From Desulfobacteraceae bacterium (GTDB lineage: Bacteria > Desulfobacterota > DSM-4660 > Desulfatiglandales > B25-G16): DNA of 64,000 nt. Location: positions 1,399 to 65,398 of the forward strand of contig JAUWZV010000001.1 in NCBI GenBank assembly GCA_030615105.1. Reading direction: 5' to 3'. Every line of letters begins with the position of its first letter. Position 1 is the stretch's first letter. A program made the translations under genes and the position numbers. Shown here in pieces: positions 1 to 9,159 of the stretch. The notes under the pieces are model-generated. The model had not been told where the DNA came from and did not search any database. It saw only the letters and a program-made list of their open reading frames with translations.

Positions 1-135
1 TATGGGCTGGTTGCTTATGCCAGTTAGCAATCCTTGGGGCCTTTTTATTTATGGGGGGATAGCTCACCGGTAGCGAAAAGACAGTTCCCGGCTGCCCTTC
101 CCTTCAACTCTTACCGGACCACTGTGGGGGTGGGA

Positions 136-909
136 ATGAGTGATTTAAAAAAATTAAAGCAAATTGAGTTATTGGAAAACAAAAGATTTCATAAAGAAAT
201 CTCAAAGTTCCTTGCACTTCAGTTAAGCATTGAAGATTTAACACAACGTTTAAAAGGGGGAGGTTTAGAGGCTGAAAAAATATCTAAAGAGCTTAACGAA
301 AAAAAAGATTTCTTATCATTTATAAAAAAGCATATCTCGGATGCATATGATATTAGTTTGCTTACATTAGATGGTAAGACTTATCCTGTTCGTACATCAA
401 AACCTATATCTTGTTTTTCACCACCATATAACTATAATCTTAACGAGATTTATGCCTCTCATCTTAACGCTGAAAACTACCTCTATCACTTAATGGGTAA
501 TAAGATATTGAATGATAAAACCAAAGAGCGTTTTATCCAGGATAACAAATTTTTATTTTTAAAAATCGATTTAAGTTACGATAAGGAAGATATAAAATTC
601 GAGATAGATGATATAGTTCAAAAAGCCCAAAATTTAATTGGAAAAAAAAGACCAGCAAAAGGGATACTCAAACAGCAATTATTTGACCATGTCTTTTCAG
701 ATTATGCAGCCATATTTCCTGTAAGAAAAGCCTGTGAAAGAACCTCAGCTTATTTAGAAAATGTACACAAAATAACAATTGATGCTGATTCATTGTATAG
801 AAGATATTACCCTGAATGGAAAAGGGGAAATAGAATATCGAATATTAGAACTTGGAAAAAACAAAAAGCAAGTAGCTGGAGGGATAAAGTAGGACAAATA
901 AATAATTAG
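136..909 (+). CDS. hypothetical protein (island cargo, coiled-coil-like N-terminus)
   Basis: Track ORF 34..909. I prefer the ATG at 136 (MSDLKKLKQ...) because it is preceded by a purine-rich GGGGGTGGGA. No domain recognised. A hairpin terminator follows. Confidence 0.5.
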   Translation: MSDLKKLKQIELLENKRFHKEISKFLALQLSIEDLTQRLKGGGLEAEKISKELNEKKDFLSFIKKHISDAYDISLLTLDGKTYPVRTSKPISCFSPPYNYNLNEIYASHLNAENYLYHLMGNKILNDKTKERFIQDNKFLFLKIDLSYDKEDIKFEIDDIVQKAQNLIGKKRPAKGILKQQLFDHVFSDYAAIFPVRKACERTSAYLENVHKITIDADSLYRRYYPEWKRGNRISNIRTWKKQKASSWRDKVGQINN

Positions 910-946
910 ACGTCACTTTTAATAAAATATCACCCTGATTATATTT

Positions 947-978
947 AGGCCGTAAGGTTAAAACTTACGGCCTTTTTA
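947..978 (+). terminator. intrinsic terminator
   Basis: AGGCCGTAAG-gttaaaa-CTTACGGCCT stem-loop followed by a T-run. Confidence 0.6.
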
Positions 979-999
979 TTCAAAAGGGAGGATAGATTT

Positions 1000-1218
1000 A
1001 TGAATTCAGAATTAAAGATTGCAAGGATAAGAGCAGGATTTAGCCAACACAAATTAGCATTTAAGATCGGAATAAGCCAGACCATTATCAGTACTTTTGA
1101 GCAAGGATACAAAAAACCCAATCAAGAACAGGCTGAATTGATTGCAGAAGCATTGAACGTCAGTATCAAAAACATTTTTCCTGAAATCAAGGAACAACCT
1201 ATTTTGGTTAAGGGATAA
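1000..1218 (+). CDS. XRE-family helix-turn-helix transcriptional regulator
   Basis: IARIRAGFSQHKLAFKIGISQTIISTFEQGYKKPNQEQAELIAEAL is a Cro/C1-type HTH pattern. A GGGAGG RBS lies upstream. Confidence 0.8.
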   Translation: MNSELKIARIRAGFSQHKLAFKIGISQTIISTFEQGYKKPNQEQAELIAEALNVSIKNIFPEIKEQPILVKG

Positions 1219-1312
1219 TAAACTATGGCAATATTACTCTTTAGCTATCGCTCACTCTTTGCTTGCATTGTAAATCTAATATTCAAAATATTGAACCTTA
1301 AGAGTGCATAAC

Positions 1313-3103
1313 ATGAAAAAGGCAATACAAAGCCACTTTCAAGGCAACTATCGAACCTTTTATGAGAAATATCTACCAGACGTTAAGAAAATAGGCGGTG
1401 AAGAATATAAGGCAAGATGCCCTTTTCACGATGATACTGAACCTTCTTTCAATTTTGATAATCAGACAGGTCAATATTTCTGTCATGGATGCAACAAAAA
1501 GGGCGACGCTATCCACTTTTACGCAAAGATTAATAGTCTGGATACCAGGCGGGATTTTGGCAAGATTCTAAGGGGCATAGCCAATGATTTTAATATTCCC
1601 TGGGAAGAAAACAGGCCGAAACTTATCAAAACATATAATTACACCGATGCAGAGGGTTTATTACTTTATCAGGTATGTAGATATGAGCCTAAGAATTTCA
1701 AGCAAAGACAGCCTAACAATAATGGTAGATGGACTTGGAATTTAAAAGGGATTGAGCCTGTATTGTATCAACTACCAAAGGTATTGGCAGCCAAAGAGGT
1801 TTTGATTGTTGAAGGTGAAAAGGACGTTGATAACCTAATGGAATTAGGATTGACAGCCACTACCTGCCCTATGGGAGTTAAAAAGTGGAGGCCAGAATAT
1901 AATGAATCTCTTAAAGGTAAGGATATTGTCTTGATACCTGATAATGACCTTGAGGGCAAAGAACACATGGCACAGATAGCAATATCCCTTAATGGACAGA
2001 CTAAAAGCCTTAAACTGATAGAACTCCCGGGCTTACCAAGTAAAGGCGATGTTTCTGATTTCATTGCTAAGTTTGATGATAAGGCAGAGGCAACCGAAAA
2101 GCTATCCATTATGATTGAAGGCGCAGGCCCTTACGAACCACCGAAAAAGGTCACTATTGAAGATGTCATTTTACAGGCCAAAGATTTTACTGCCCTTGAG
2201 CTACCAGCCAAAAAAAAGCTACTCAATCCCTGGCTAACAGAGCAATCAATCACCCTTATTAGTGGTTGGCGTGGAACTGGTAAAACATGGCTGGCCCTAT
2301 CTATACTTGATTCAGTTAGTAAGGGGGTATCCTTTGGCCCCTGGAAGGCAGAGACATCTACACCCTGTTTATTTCTTGACGGTGAAATGCCTACCCAAGA
2401 CATTATTGAGCGTACAAAGGATTTAGGTATTGATTCAACATATATCTACAGCGATGCTTATGCCAACAATCTTGGATTGCCAAAGGCTAACCTATTAAGT
2501 GAGACGTGGCGATCCACTATGAAACGTATTTTGACCACTAGGGGCATTAAATTATGGGTAATTGATAACCTTGCCTCTTTAGCAGGGGGTATTGATGAGA
2601 ATATAAAAAAGGATTGGGACCCGATAAACAGCTGGCTACTTGACCTTAGATTTGCAGGTATAGCAACTATAATGCTTCACCATGAAGGTAAAGGAGGGGG
2701 CCAGCGTGGCACATCTGCGAGAGAGGATAACCTTGATAATTCTATCATACTCAAGCGACCCTTTGACTATATACCAGAGGACGGATGTAAATTCATTATG
2801 CACTTTGCAAAGGCCAGGGTAAGAACTCAAGACCTATCGTTAATTTCTGATACTCAATTTCATTTGACCCAGGATGAACAGGGCGAGCTTGTATGGACAC
2901 ATGGTAATATTAAGGCTGAAGCTAAAAAAGAGATTCTCAGGCTAACAGATGAAGGATTACCACAAACCGATATTTGTAACTCTACAGGTCTTAGTAAGGG
3001 TTATGTAAGTAAGGTTAAAACTAAGTTAATCCAGGAAAATTATCTTGGCAAAAATGGGAAAATTACCCCTACAGGGATGGATTATCTTTATGAGGAAAAA
3101 TAG
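1313..3103 (+). CDS. bifunctional DNA primase / replicative helicase-like protein (CHC2 zinc finger + Toprim + RepA/DnaB-like P-loop)
   Basis: CHC2 finger: CPFHDDTEPSFNF..CHGCNKKGD. Toprim: LIVEGEKDVDN and IPDNDLEGK. P-loop ATPase: SGWRGTGKTWLAL, WVIDNLASL, HHEGKGG. The track ORF starts at GTG 1304; ATG 1313 is equally possible. Confidence 0.85.
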   Translation: MKKAIQSHFQGNYRTFYEKYLPDVKKIGGEEYKARCPFHDDTEPSFNFDNQTGQYFCHGCNKKGDAIHFYAKINSLDTRRDFGKILRGIANDFNIPWEENRPKLIKTYNYTDAEGLLLYQVCRYEPKNFKQRQPNNNGRWTWNLKGIEPVLYQLPKVLAAKEVLIVEGEKDVDNLMELGLTATTCPMGVKKWRPEYNESLKGKDIVLIPDNDLEGKEHMAQIAISLNGQTKSLKLIELPGLPSKGDVSDFIAKFDDKAEATEKLSIMIEGAGPYEPPKKVTIEDVILQAKDFTALELPAKKKLLNPWLTEQSITLISGWRGTGKTWLALSILDSVSKGVSFGPWKAETSTPCLFLDGEMPTQDIIERTKDLGIDSTYIYSDAYANNLGLPKANLLSETWRSTMKRILTTRGIKLWVIDNLASLAGGIDENIKKDWDPINSWLLDLRFAGIATIMLHHEGKGGGQRGTSAREDNLDNSIILKRPFDYIPEDGCKFIMHFAKARVRTQDLSLISDTQFHLTQDEQGELVWTHGNIKAEAKKEILRLTDEGLPQTDICNSTGLSKGYVSKVKTKLIQENYLGKNGKITPTGMDYLYEEK

Positions 3104-3283
3104 GAAACTTTCGAGGAAACTTTAATGACGTTAGGAATAGGAAACTTTTTAGGAAACTTTAGGAAACTCGAAATGAGGAAAGCAAGGACTACACTGTATT
3201 TCCTCAAACAGAGGGTAGGAAACTTTTCTTATTAGACACAGTAGTTTCCTCCACCCCCCTATAGGGGGAGGAAACAGGAAACT
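3102..3283 (+). repeat. iteron array (putative element replication origin)
   Basis: Exact AGGAAACT at 3102, 3114, 3139, 3151, 3161, 3217 and 3276. An inverted copy lies at 3243-3250. Degenerate copies lie at 3133, 3176, 3198 (inverted) and 3269. A near-palindrome AGTTTCCTCCACCCCCCTATAGGGGGAGGAAAC spans 3243-3275. The array begins at the stop codon of the primase/helicase gene. Confidence 0.6.
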
Positions 3284-3457
3284 TTTTATTAAATGAGTAT
3301 CCTTAAAGAACTATAAAATGGATATGAAATATCAATCCTTGAAGGTGGTTTTGAAAACTGAGTTAATGGAAAAAATAGGTATTTTAGGTATCTTGCTTGC
3401 ACGCACAGCGTATAGGAAAAATTAAGCATTATGGTTAAAGGGGGTTAGATAAGATAA

Positions 3458-3961
3458 ATGGATAAGAAAAAAGACAAGACAAAGCTTTTTAAGACTAATC
3501 CTGCAAGAAAACAACGTGACGCAACTATAGCTGAAATGAGATTGAAAGGGAAAAGTATTAGAGAGATAGCAAAAGAGATCGGGCTGGATAAATCGCAGGT
3601 TTGTAGGGTGCTAAACGATAAAGAAATTAAGAAAATATTAGATGAGGTACACCGTTTTTATGGTGGTTTTGCCGAAGATGTGAGCAGAGAGTTTATGAAC
3701 TTGTGTTTATTAAGTAGTGATCCAGCAATAAGAGAAAAAGCTATCAAAGAATATCACAAAATCATGGGGATAGCCCCCACGATGACGCAATCAATTTATA
3801 TTCGAAACCTATATCAAGACAATAGACAACAGATTCTCAGTCCTGATGTTTTGAAGCTTTTAGGTAAACACCTTCAAGATGGCATTATTGATATAACACC
3901 CCTAGAGATAGAGAAGATGAGTCCAAAAGAAAATGACCCGGAAGATGAGGAAGATGGATAA
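3458..3961 (+). CDS. HTH-domain protein, small-terminase-like or regulatory
   Basis: N-terminal HTH (GKSIREIAKEIGLDKSQVCRVLN), then a helical region and an acidic tail. The architecture resembles phage TerS/regulatory HTH proteins; this is resemblance only. Confidence 0.45.
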   Translation: MDKKKDKTKLFKTNPARKQRDATIAEMRLKGKSIREIAKEIGLDKSQVCRVLNDKEIKKILDEVHRFYGGFAEDVSREFMNLCLLSSDPAIREKAIKEYHKIMGIAPTMTQSIYIRNLYQDNRQQILSPDVLKLLGKHLQDGIIDITPLEIEKMSPKENDPEDEEDG

Positions 3962-4145
3962 TCAAATAACAAAAAGATTGCTAAGTGTTGAAGAAGTGGC
4001 CCAATATCTGGGGCTTTCTCCAAGGACTATTTATAATCAAATAGCTCCTAAGTCAAAAAGACCGTTTCCAATAAAGGCGAAAAGAATCGGCAAGCTTGTT
4101 AAATTTGATGTCAGAGATTTAGATAATTACATCGACACACTCTAA
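3954..4145 (+). CDS. AlpA/excisionase-family DNA-binding protein
   Basis: LLSVEEVAQYLGLSPRTIYNQI...GKLVKFDVRDLDNYI. The track ORF starts at 3933; ATG 3954 overlaps the stop of the upstream gene. Confidence 0.7.
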   Translation: MDNQITKRLLSVEEVAQYLGLSPRTIYNQIAPKSKRPFPIKAKRIGKLVKFDVRDLDNYIDTL

Positions 4146-4258
4146 GCTTAAAAGATAGTGGGCTATTGATAACTAATTGATATTTCTAATATTTTTCATA
4201 CTTAGGTCAAGACAAGGTCAACAGATTGAAAGAGAGATAACAAGATAATCAGAGTAAT

Positions 4259-4717
4259 ATGAAAATCCTCATTGATACCAGAGAACAGCAACCTTATGAG
4301 TTTGAAAATCTCTCAGAAGTGGGAACCATTCCTATAGGTGATTATAGTATTGCAGGTTTAGAGAATCATATAGCCATTGAACGCAAGGAACTTAATGACC
4401 TTATCGGATGCCTTACTACAGACAGAGACAGATTTGAACGTGAGTTATTTAAGGGGCGATCCCTGGATTACTTTGGTTTAGTTCTTGAGTGTTCTTTATC
4501 AGACCTTGCTAATGGCCGGTATAGATCAGAGATGGATCCTAAATCAGCAATTCAATCCCTGGTAGCATTTAGTGTGAGATACCGGTTACCGGTGTGGTTC
4601 TGTGAATCAAGGGAGTATGCGCAGCGTGTGACTGAAAGCCTGCTTTGTAAGTATGTCAAGGAGATAGATAAGCTTGACCAGGCTATCAAGGGTAATAAGA
4701 AGGTTAAGGGTGAATAG
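4259..4717 (+). CDS. ERCC4 (XPF/Mus81-type) nuclease domain protein
   Basis: IGDYSI...IERKELNDL matches the ERCC4 signature GDXnERKX3D. The protein is a 152-aa stand-alone domain. Confidence 0.7.
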   Translation: MKILIDTREQQPYEFENLSEVGTIPIGDYSIAGLENHIAIERKELNDLIGCLTTDRDRFERELFKGRSLDYFGLVLECSLSDLANGRYRSEMDPKSAIQSLVAFSVRYRLPVWFCESREYAQRVTESLLCKYVKEIDKLDQAIKGNKKVKGE

Positions 4718-4861
4718 CAGACTTAGGCCTCTGGGAGATCGTTTAACCTGGGCGTGATATGGGCTTATATCTACACAAACAGAGGTGATACAGGGCTGAT
4801 ATAAGGGATAGGGGCCTGATTAGGTAAGGAGAAGGCTGAGATAGGCAGGGAGTAATAGACC

Positions 4862-5038
4862 ATGAACCCCATAGAAGCAAACGAAACAGCTAAAGATATG
4901 CAGGATATGGGACAGAGAAAGGAAGAGGGGGTGCGGGGTGCAGAATGGGTCCCATACGACATGCTTATACAGGAACCTGAGGGCTCGACGCACGGGAAAA
5001 ACTTAACAGGAGCAATTTTGAGGGTCGGGAGAATTTAA
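4862..5038 (+). CDS. possible small acidic protein (58 aa), unannotated by the track
   Basis: ATG preceded by GGGAG about 7 nt upstream. Product: MNPIEANETAKDMQDMGQRKEEGVRGAEWVPYDMLIQEPEGSTHGKNLTGAILRVGRI. No domain recognised. It lies in a purine-rich 330-bp spacer. Confidence 0.25.
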   Translation: MNPIEANETAKDMQDMGQRKEEGVRGAEWVPYDMLIQEPEGSTHGKNLTGAILRVGRI

Positions 5039-5051
5039 GACTCAATGATAT

Positions 5052-5441
5052 CTAATTGTCTGTTAATTCTTTCAATATTGCATTTAATGCGATCTTATTG
5101 AAATGAGTAGTAAATCCACAGAAACAACGAAAAGGAGAACCAAGTGCTTTAGCCGACATAGCTATTTTACATCTAGGACAATATACAGCTTCGTGATAGC
5201 CTCCCTCCGGTCTCCTTTTAAAAAGAGCTCCTTTGTATTCTTTAAAATCCTCGCACGTTTCCACAAGCTCCTTGTATTTTTCGGATACCTCTCTCAATTT
5301 TTTCGCACACTCGGCATTCTCTTTCTTAAGCTCGATATTTTCTTTAGAGATTCTATCTATCTCAGCGTCAAGTTTAAGAAGCCGCTCTCTGAGGATACCA
5401 CTTACAGAGAATTCTTTCAAAAATTCAGCAATAAACCCCAT
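5052..5441 (-). CDS. hypothetical coiled-coil protein with C-terminal zinc-ribbon-like motif
   Basis: Heptad-rich N-half, then CPRCKIAMS...FRCFCGF. No clear RBS. Confidence 0.4.
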   Translation of the reverse strand: MGFIAEFLKEFSVSGILRERLLKLDAEIDRISKENIELKKENAECAKKLREVSEKYKELVETCEDFKEYKGALFKRRPEGGYHEAVYCPRCKIAMSAKALGSPFRCFCGFTTHFNKIALNAILKELTDN

Positions 5442-5861
5442 GAGATTATTCGAATAAAAATTTTAGTTAGCGAGTCATTATTGGATAAAAATAACATAGG
5501 GATATAATAAATACAAAAAAAAGGCAGGGGAAAGCGAAATTAAGCCTTCTCAGGGTTTATTTTTTTATCTTTCGTTCTTTGAAAACTAAATTCAAGGTGG
5601 GTAACAGCCAGCCTGAAGTCGGTTGTAATTCACGGAAGACCTACGCCCCAGTTTTGGGTAATGCAACACCGTGTCGTGGGACACCCACGTAGCAAGCCTA
5701 AGCGAAAAATGGCAGTTTTAAGACTACTAAAAGTATTCTAACCTTACATTGACAGTTCTTATTTTCCTTGACTGTTTTACTTTGAGCCTTACGACATCTC
5801 CTGCTTTTTTCTTTTGTACGTATTGATAAAAGTGAATCCTATTTAAAATCTTAAATCGCCC

Positions 5862-7289
5862 TCAGTTTTGTGGATATAATTTTTTAAAAATCCTTACTGC
5901 CAATTCTTTACTTCCACGAATCTTTTTTAATTTTCCATAGGCTTTTAGGGCTTCGTCTCTTTTTTCTTGCTTTAAATAAAGATTACATGCTTTGTAAAGA
6001 TAATCTATGGCATTATATGGTTGTCCTTGTTTAAGATAGTGATCTGCAAGATATTCGTAGAACACAATCTCATCAGGGAGTTTCTTGATAGCTACTTTAA
6101 CATCATTAATATATTGTCTTAATATAAAATTCGACCAGTTAACTTCATACCATGATTCATAAAGACTGAATAGAGCTAAATAAGAAAGTTCATCTATAAC
6201 CCCTGTTTCTTCCATGATTTCTTTAATTGCAAAAACTCCCTTACCGAATTCTTTAGATTTTTCAAATAGATTCATAATAGACCAATAATAACCCCCTGCC
6301 ATCCCACAATCATCACATGATGCAATTGCTTTTTTATAATAATAAATTGCATCATCTATCTTTTCTTGCTTTGCATACATGTCGCCTATATCATGATATA
6401 TGAAATCTTCCCTTACTCCCATTTCCTTAAGGGTGTCTTTTATTGAATCGTTTTTATCAATTAATTTTAAGGCAATATCATAATAGTCTATTGCTTGTTT
6501 AAAGTTGTTCTTATAGGTATGAATCCTACCTAATCCACAGCAAGCACTAATTATTAAATGATTTCTTTTTGCTTTTTCAAAAATGAATTCATACAACCTT
6601 AATGCCTCATCATAAAGTTTCTTTTTAAAAAAATCATTACTTTCAGTCATTCCCTCAAATAAAATATTTCTGGCACAAACACTGTAATAATCAAGCACTG
6701 ACTCCCATTCGGCAGGAACTAACCGCCTATGAGGTTTTTCAATATATTTTTCAACAATCTTTATCATTTCCCAGGCATTTGGAATCCTGGCTTCGATCTT
6801 ACAGCATTTGGAACACTCATAAGGGGTAGGGAGAGTATAAATTGCATCGATAAAATTTATATAGGCTGAATCAAATTTACCTTCTACATAATCTTTCTTT
6901 CCTGCTTGCAGATATTTGTCGTATTTCACCTGCTCAGGCAATAAAGCCATAAGGTCAAAATGGACATGGAGGACACCATTTTTTGCCGAACTGCAAATGA
7001 TTTCTGAATCGTAATACCCGTCCTTTTTGACTTGATAACACCGAGGTTGCGTTTGCAGCCCAGAGATAGAAGTGGAATACGGAGTTTTAAATGAAGTCTC
7101 TACCGATTTATCTTGAGATATCCACTCATAGATATCTGCCCCTTGTGGATTGGAATTGACGACCACCTTGGTAGTACGCTTTTTAATAGCGCTTTCCTGA
7201 ATAGTACTTTCCTTAATAGCGCCTGTGCAACCTGAAATGAAAAGCATCATTAAGATAAACAGAAAAACGGTTTTTTTGTTATCATGCAA
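5862..7289 (-). CDS. PEGA-domain / TPR-repeat lipoprotein
   Basis: Track ORF 5862..7367. A TTG at 7289 preceded by GGAGG (7294-7298) gives MHDNKKTVFLFILMMLFISGC, a lipoprotein signal peptide with lipobox. There is a PEGA-like NSNPQGADIY motif and several TPR-like repeats. Confidence 0.7.
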   Translation of the reverse strand: MHDNKKTVFLFILMMLFISGCTGAIKESTIQESAIKKRTTKVVVNSNPQGADIYEWISQDKSVETSFKTPYSTSISGLQTQPRCYQVKKDGYYDSEIICSSAKNGVLHVHFDLMALLPEQVKYDKYLQAGKKDYVEGKFDSAYINFIDAIYTLPTPYECSKCCKIEARIPNAWEMIKIVEKYIEKPHRRLVPAEWESVLDYYSVCARNILFEGMTESNDFFKKKLYDEALRLYEFIFEKAKRNHLIISACCGLGRIHTYKNNFKQAIDYYDIALKLIDKNDSIKDTLKEMGVREDFIYHDIGDMYAKQEKIDDAIYYYKKAIASCDDCGMAGGYYWSIMNLFEKSKEFGKGVFAIKEIMEETGVIDELSYLALFSLYESWYEVNWSNFILRQYINDVKVAIKKLPDEIVFYEYLADHYLKQGQPYNAIDYLYKACNLYLKQEKRDEALKAYGKLKKIRGSKELAVRIFKKLYPQN

Positions 7290-7527
7290 GCTGCCTCCAT
7301 AAATAGAAAACCTCACCTCTTCAAGACAAGAGAAACTGGGTTCAAATATAATCCATATCACCCCCAATTAAGGGCTATCGAAGTAAAGCAAAGATCCACG
7401 TTAAGAATAGGTCTTTATACCTCAAATTTCAACGAAAAAGAAAAAGTGAATGGGTTATTCCATGGGTATCCGAAATATGCGATTGTGGGCGACATATGCC
7501 CTTTTAGCTAGGCAATGAAATGAGAAG

Positions 7528-7689
7528 CTACTTTGAAGATTTGGGTGGGTTCTTTCCGTACTTTTTGAGAAGTTCTTGCATAGCCTCTTCAAGTATAAAA
7601 TTTATAGGCTTTTCAAGATCGATAGCAAGCTTCTTAAATTTTTTCAAGAGATCATTATTTATGAGGGTTGAGAACATCTTCTTTTCCAT
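7528..7689 (-). CDS. ribbon-helix-helix (CopG/Arc-like) protein, 53 aa, missed by the ORF track
   Basis: MEKKMFSTLINNDLLKKFKKLAIDLEKPINFILEEAMQELLKKYGKNPPKSSK shows a strand-helix-helix pattern. It is transcribed divergently from the integrase gene. Confidence 0.6.
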   Translation of the reverse strand: MEKKMFSTLINNDLLKKFKKLAIDLEKPINFILEEAMQELLKKYGKNPPKSSK

Positions 7690-7736
7690 AAAATAAATAA
7701 TAATATCAAGAAATCAAAAAATCAATAAAAAATAAT

Positions 7737-7766
7737 TTGACAAACTTGAATCAATGATATATTGAT
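7737..7766. promoter_or_regulatory. candidate promoter/operator in the divergent RHH-int control region
   Basis: TTGACA (7737-7742) followed by the palindrome ATCAAT-N5-ATTGAT (7750-7766) in AT-rich DNA. The -10 element is weak. Confidence 0.3.
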
Positions 7767-7829
7767 ATATTTAGATCATTTATTCATAATCTCTAAACCA
7801 CAAGCGATGACATTTAAAACAAAAAATAG

Positions 7830-7907
7830 ACCGTTCAAGTTAGGCTATGTCGTGAGGTGTAGCCAGGGTGCTTGTGCCCTTGAGTACAACTTGAGCGGTT
7901 TTATTTG
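7830..7907 (+). promoter_or_regulatory. terminator-like long hairpin in the integrase leader (possible attenuator)
   Basis: ACCGTTCAAGTT (7830-7841) pairs with AACTTGAGCGGT (7888-7899). TTTTATTT follows, about 25 nt upstream of the int start. Confidence 0.4.
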
Positions 7908-7931
7908 GCCTAATGGCCAGGGAGGTTAATT

Positions 7932-9128
7932 ATGGCTATCTTAGCAGAATGTCCAAAATGCCACAGAAAGCAGACCACAAGGAATAAGCTTTGTGCTTGT
8001 GGTGCAGACTTGGACAAATTAAAGAGATCTAAAAAGGTCAGGTATTGGATTAACTATCGACTACCAGGTGGCAAACAGCGCAGGGAGCTTGTTACTATGC
8101 AAGGCAATCCAGATGCTTGCTGCTCCATTGAAATAGCCAGGGATGCAGACGGTAAAAGGAGAGTACAGAAAAGAGAGAACCGGATATTTGACATCAAACC
8201 GGAAACCAAAATGACCTTTAACGAGCTTACAGAGTGGTACCTGGGCCTTGAGAAAGTTAAATCTCTTGCATCTTATTCCATATTGCAAGGCTACCTTAAG
8301 AAATTCAATTCAGAATTTGGAAACAAGATTGTAGGTCAGATTAAACCCGCTGACTTAGAAAATCTTCAGGCGAAGCGTAAGAAGGAAGGTTGTGCCGATG
8401 CTACCGTTGATCAGGAAATAGGCAAGGTCAGGGCTATGATCTTTAAAGCGTTTGATAATGATATTGTGGGAGGTGATACTATCAAGGCATTCAAGAGAGT
8501 CAAAAAACTACTTAAAGGAAATGCAAACGCACGGGATAAGATACTTTCTAAAGATCAGTTTAATAAGCTTTTAGAGTCTTCTTCCAGGCACCTTAAAGGG
8601 ATTCTTGCTACTGGCTATTATACCGGCATGAGAAAAGGCGAAATTCTAAATCTTACCTGGAATAAGCTTGATCTAAAAAATCGGCTTATTCAACTTGAGG
8701 CAGAAGATACTAAGGATAAAGAGCCGAGAAATATCCCTATCTGTGATGATCTATATGAGATATTGAGCGCCATACCAAGGGCAATATATGACCCCCATGT
8801 GTTTCTCTATAATGGTAAACCCATTAGAGATATTAGAACTGCTTTGAGAAAGGCCTGTAAACAAGCAGGTATACTCTACAGTCGATTTGCTAAGGATGGT
8901 TTTATATTTCACGATCTTCGCCACTGTTTCAATACAAATATGAGAAAAGCAGGGATCCCTGAATCTGTGATTATGCAGGTTACTGGCCATTCAACCAGGG
9001 AGATGTTCGACCGATATAACACAATTGACCTTAAGGATACCCAGCAGGCTATTAATCAGTTACAAAATTTTTTGAATGTTGACCATTCTGTTGACCAAGC
9101 GGCCCAAAATGACAAAAATAAGGATTAG
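7932..9128 (+). CDS. tyrosine recombinase / phage-type integrase with N-terminal zinc ribbon
   Basis: CPKCHRK...CACG at the N-terminus. Catalytic pattern: TGMRKGEIL (R), HDLRHCF (HxxR), GHSTREMFDRYNT (H..Y). It ends 32 nt from the tRNA 3' end. Confidence 0.9.
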   Translation: MAILAECPKCHRKQTTRNKLCACGADLDKLKRSKKVRYWINYRLPGGKQRRELVTMQGNPDACCSIEIARDADGKRRVQKRENRIFDIKPETKMTFNELTEWYLGLEKVKSLASYSILQGYLKKFNSEFGNKIVGQIKPADLENLQAKRKKEGCADATVDQEIGKVRAMIFKAFDNDIVGGDTIKAFKRVKKLLKGNANARDKILSKDQFNKLLESSSRHLKGILATGYYTGMRKGEILNLTWNKLDLKNRLIQLEAEDTKDKEPRNIPICDDLYEILSAIPRAIYDPHVFLYNGKPIRDIRTALRKACKQAGILYSRFAKDGFIFHDLRHCFNTNMRKAGIPESVIMQVTGHSTREMFDRYNTIDLKDTQQAINQLQNFLNVDHSVDQAAQNDKNKD

Positions 9129-9159
9129 CAGAAAATCCGCTAACCCTTAAACAGTCTTA

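Noticed and set aside
50-115. GGGGATAGCTCACCGGTAGCG resembling a tRNA 5' half or attL, and GCGAAAAGACAG resembling part of the rod-hairpin repeat
   Set aside because: No T-arm or anticodon arm follows, and there is no match to the tRNA-Leu 3' end. The similarity to the repeat is limited to about 12 nt.
1768-2830. Track ORFs on the minus strand inside the primase/helicase gene (1768..2109, 2131..2403, 2636..2830)
   Set aside because: They are antisense shadow ORFs with low-complexity Ser/Leu-rich products. The plus-strand gene has strong domain motifs.
3102-3283. Possible CRISPR array
   Set aside because: The repeat unit is only 8 nt with irregular 2-50-nt spacing, and there are no cas genes. 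It fits iterons.
5442-5861. 420-bp spacer examined for a structured ncRNA (GGTGGGTAACAGCCAGCCTGAAGTCGG...CCACGTAGCAAGCCTAAGCG)
   Set aside because: I recognised no riboswitch, retron or intron motif, saw no convincing nested helices by eye, and found no second copy in the window.
7284-7511. Track ORF 7284..7511 (+) downstream of the RHH gene as a toxin partner
   Set aside because: It overlaps the lipoprotein gene start on the opposite strand, has no RBS, and its product has no recognisable fold.
1-9159. Search for a direct repeat of the tRNA-Leu 3' end (attL) inside the window
   Set aside because: The only match is a 9-nt chance match (AGGCGGGAT, about 1546-1554) inside the primase gene. 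The element boundary remains undefined.
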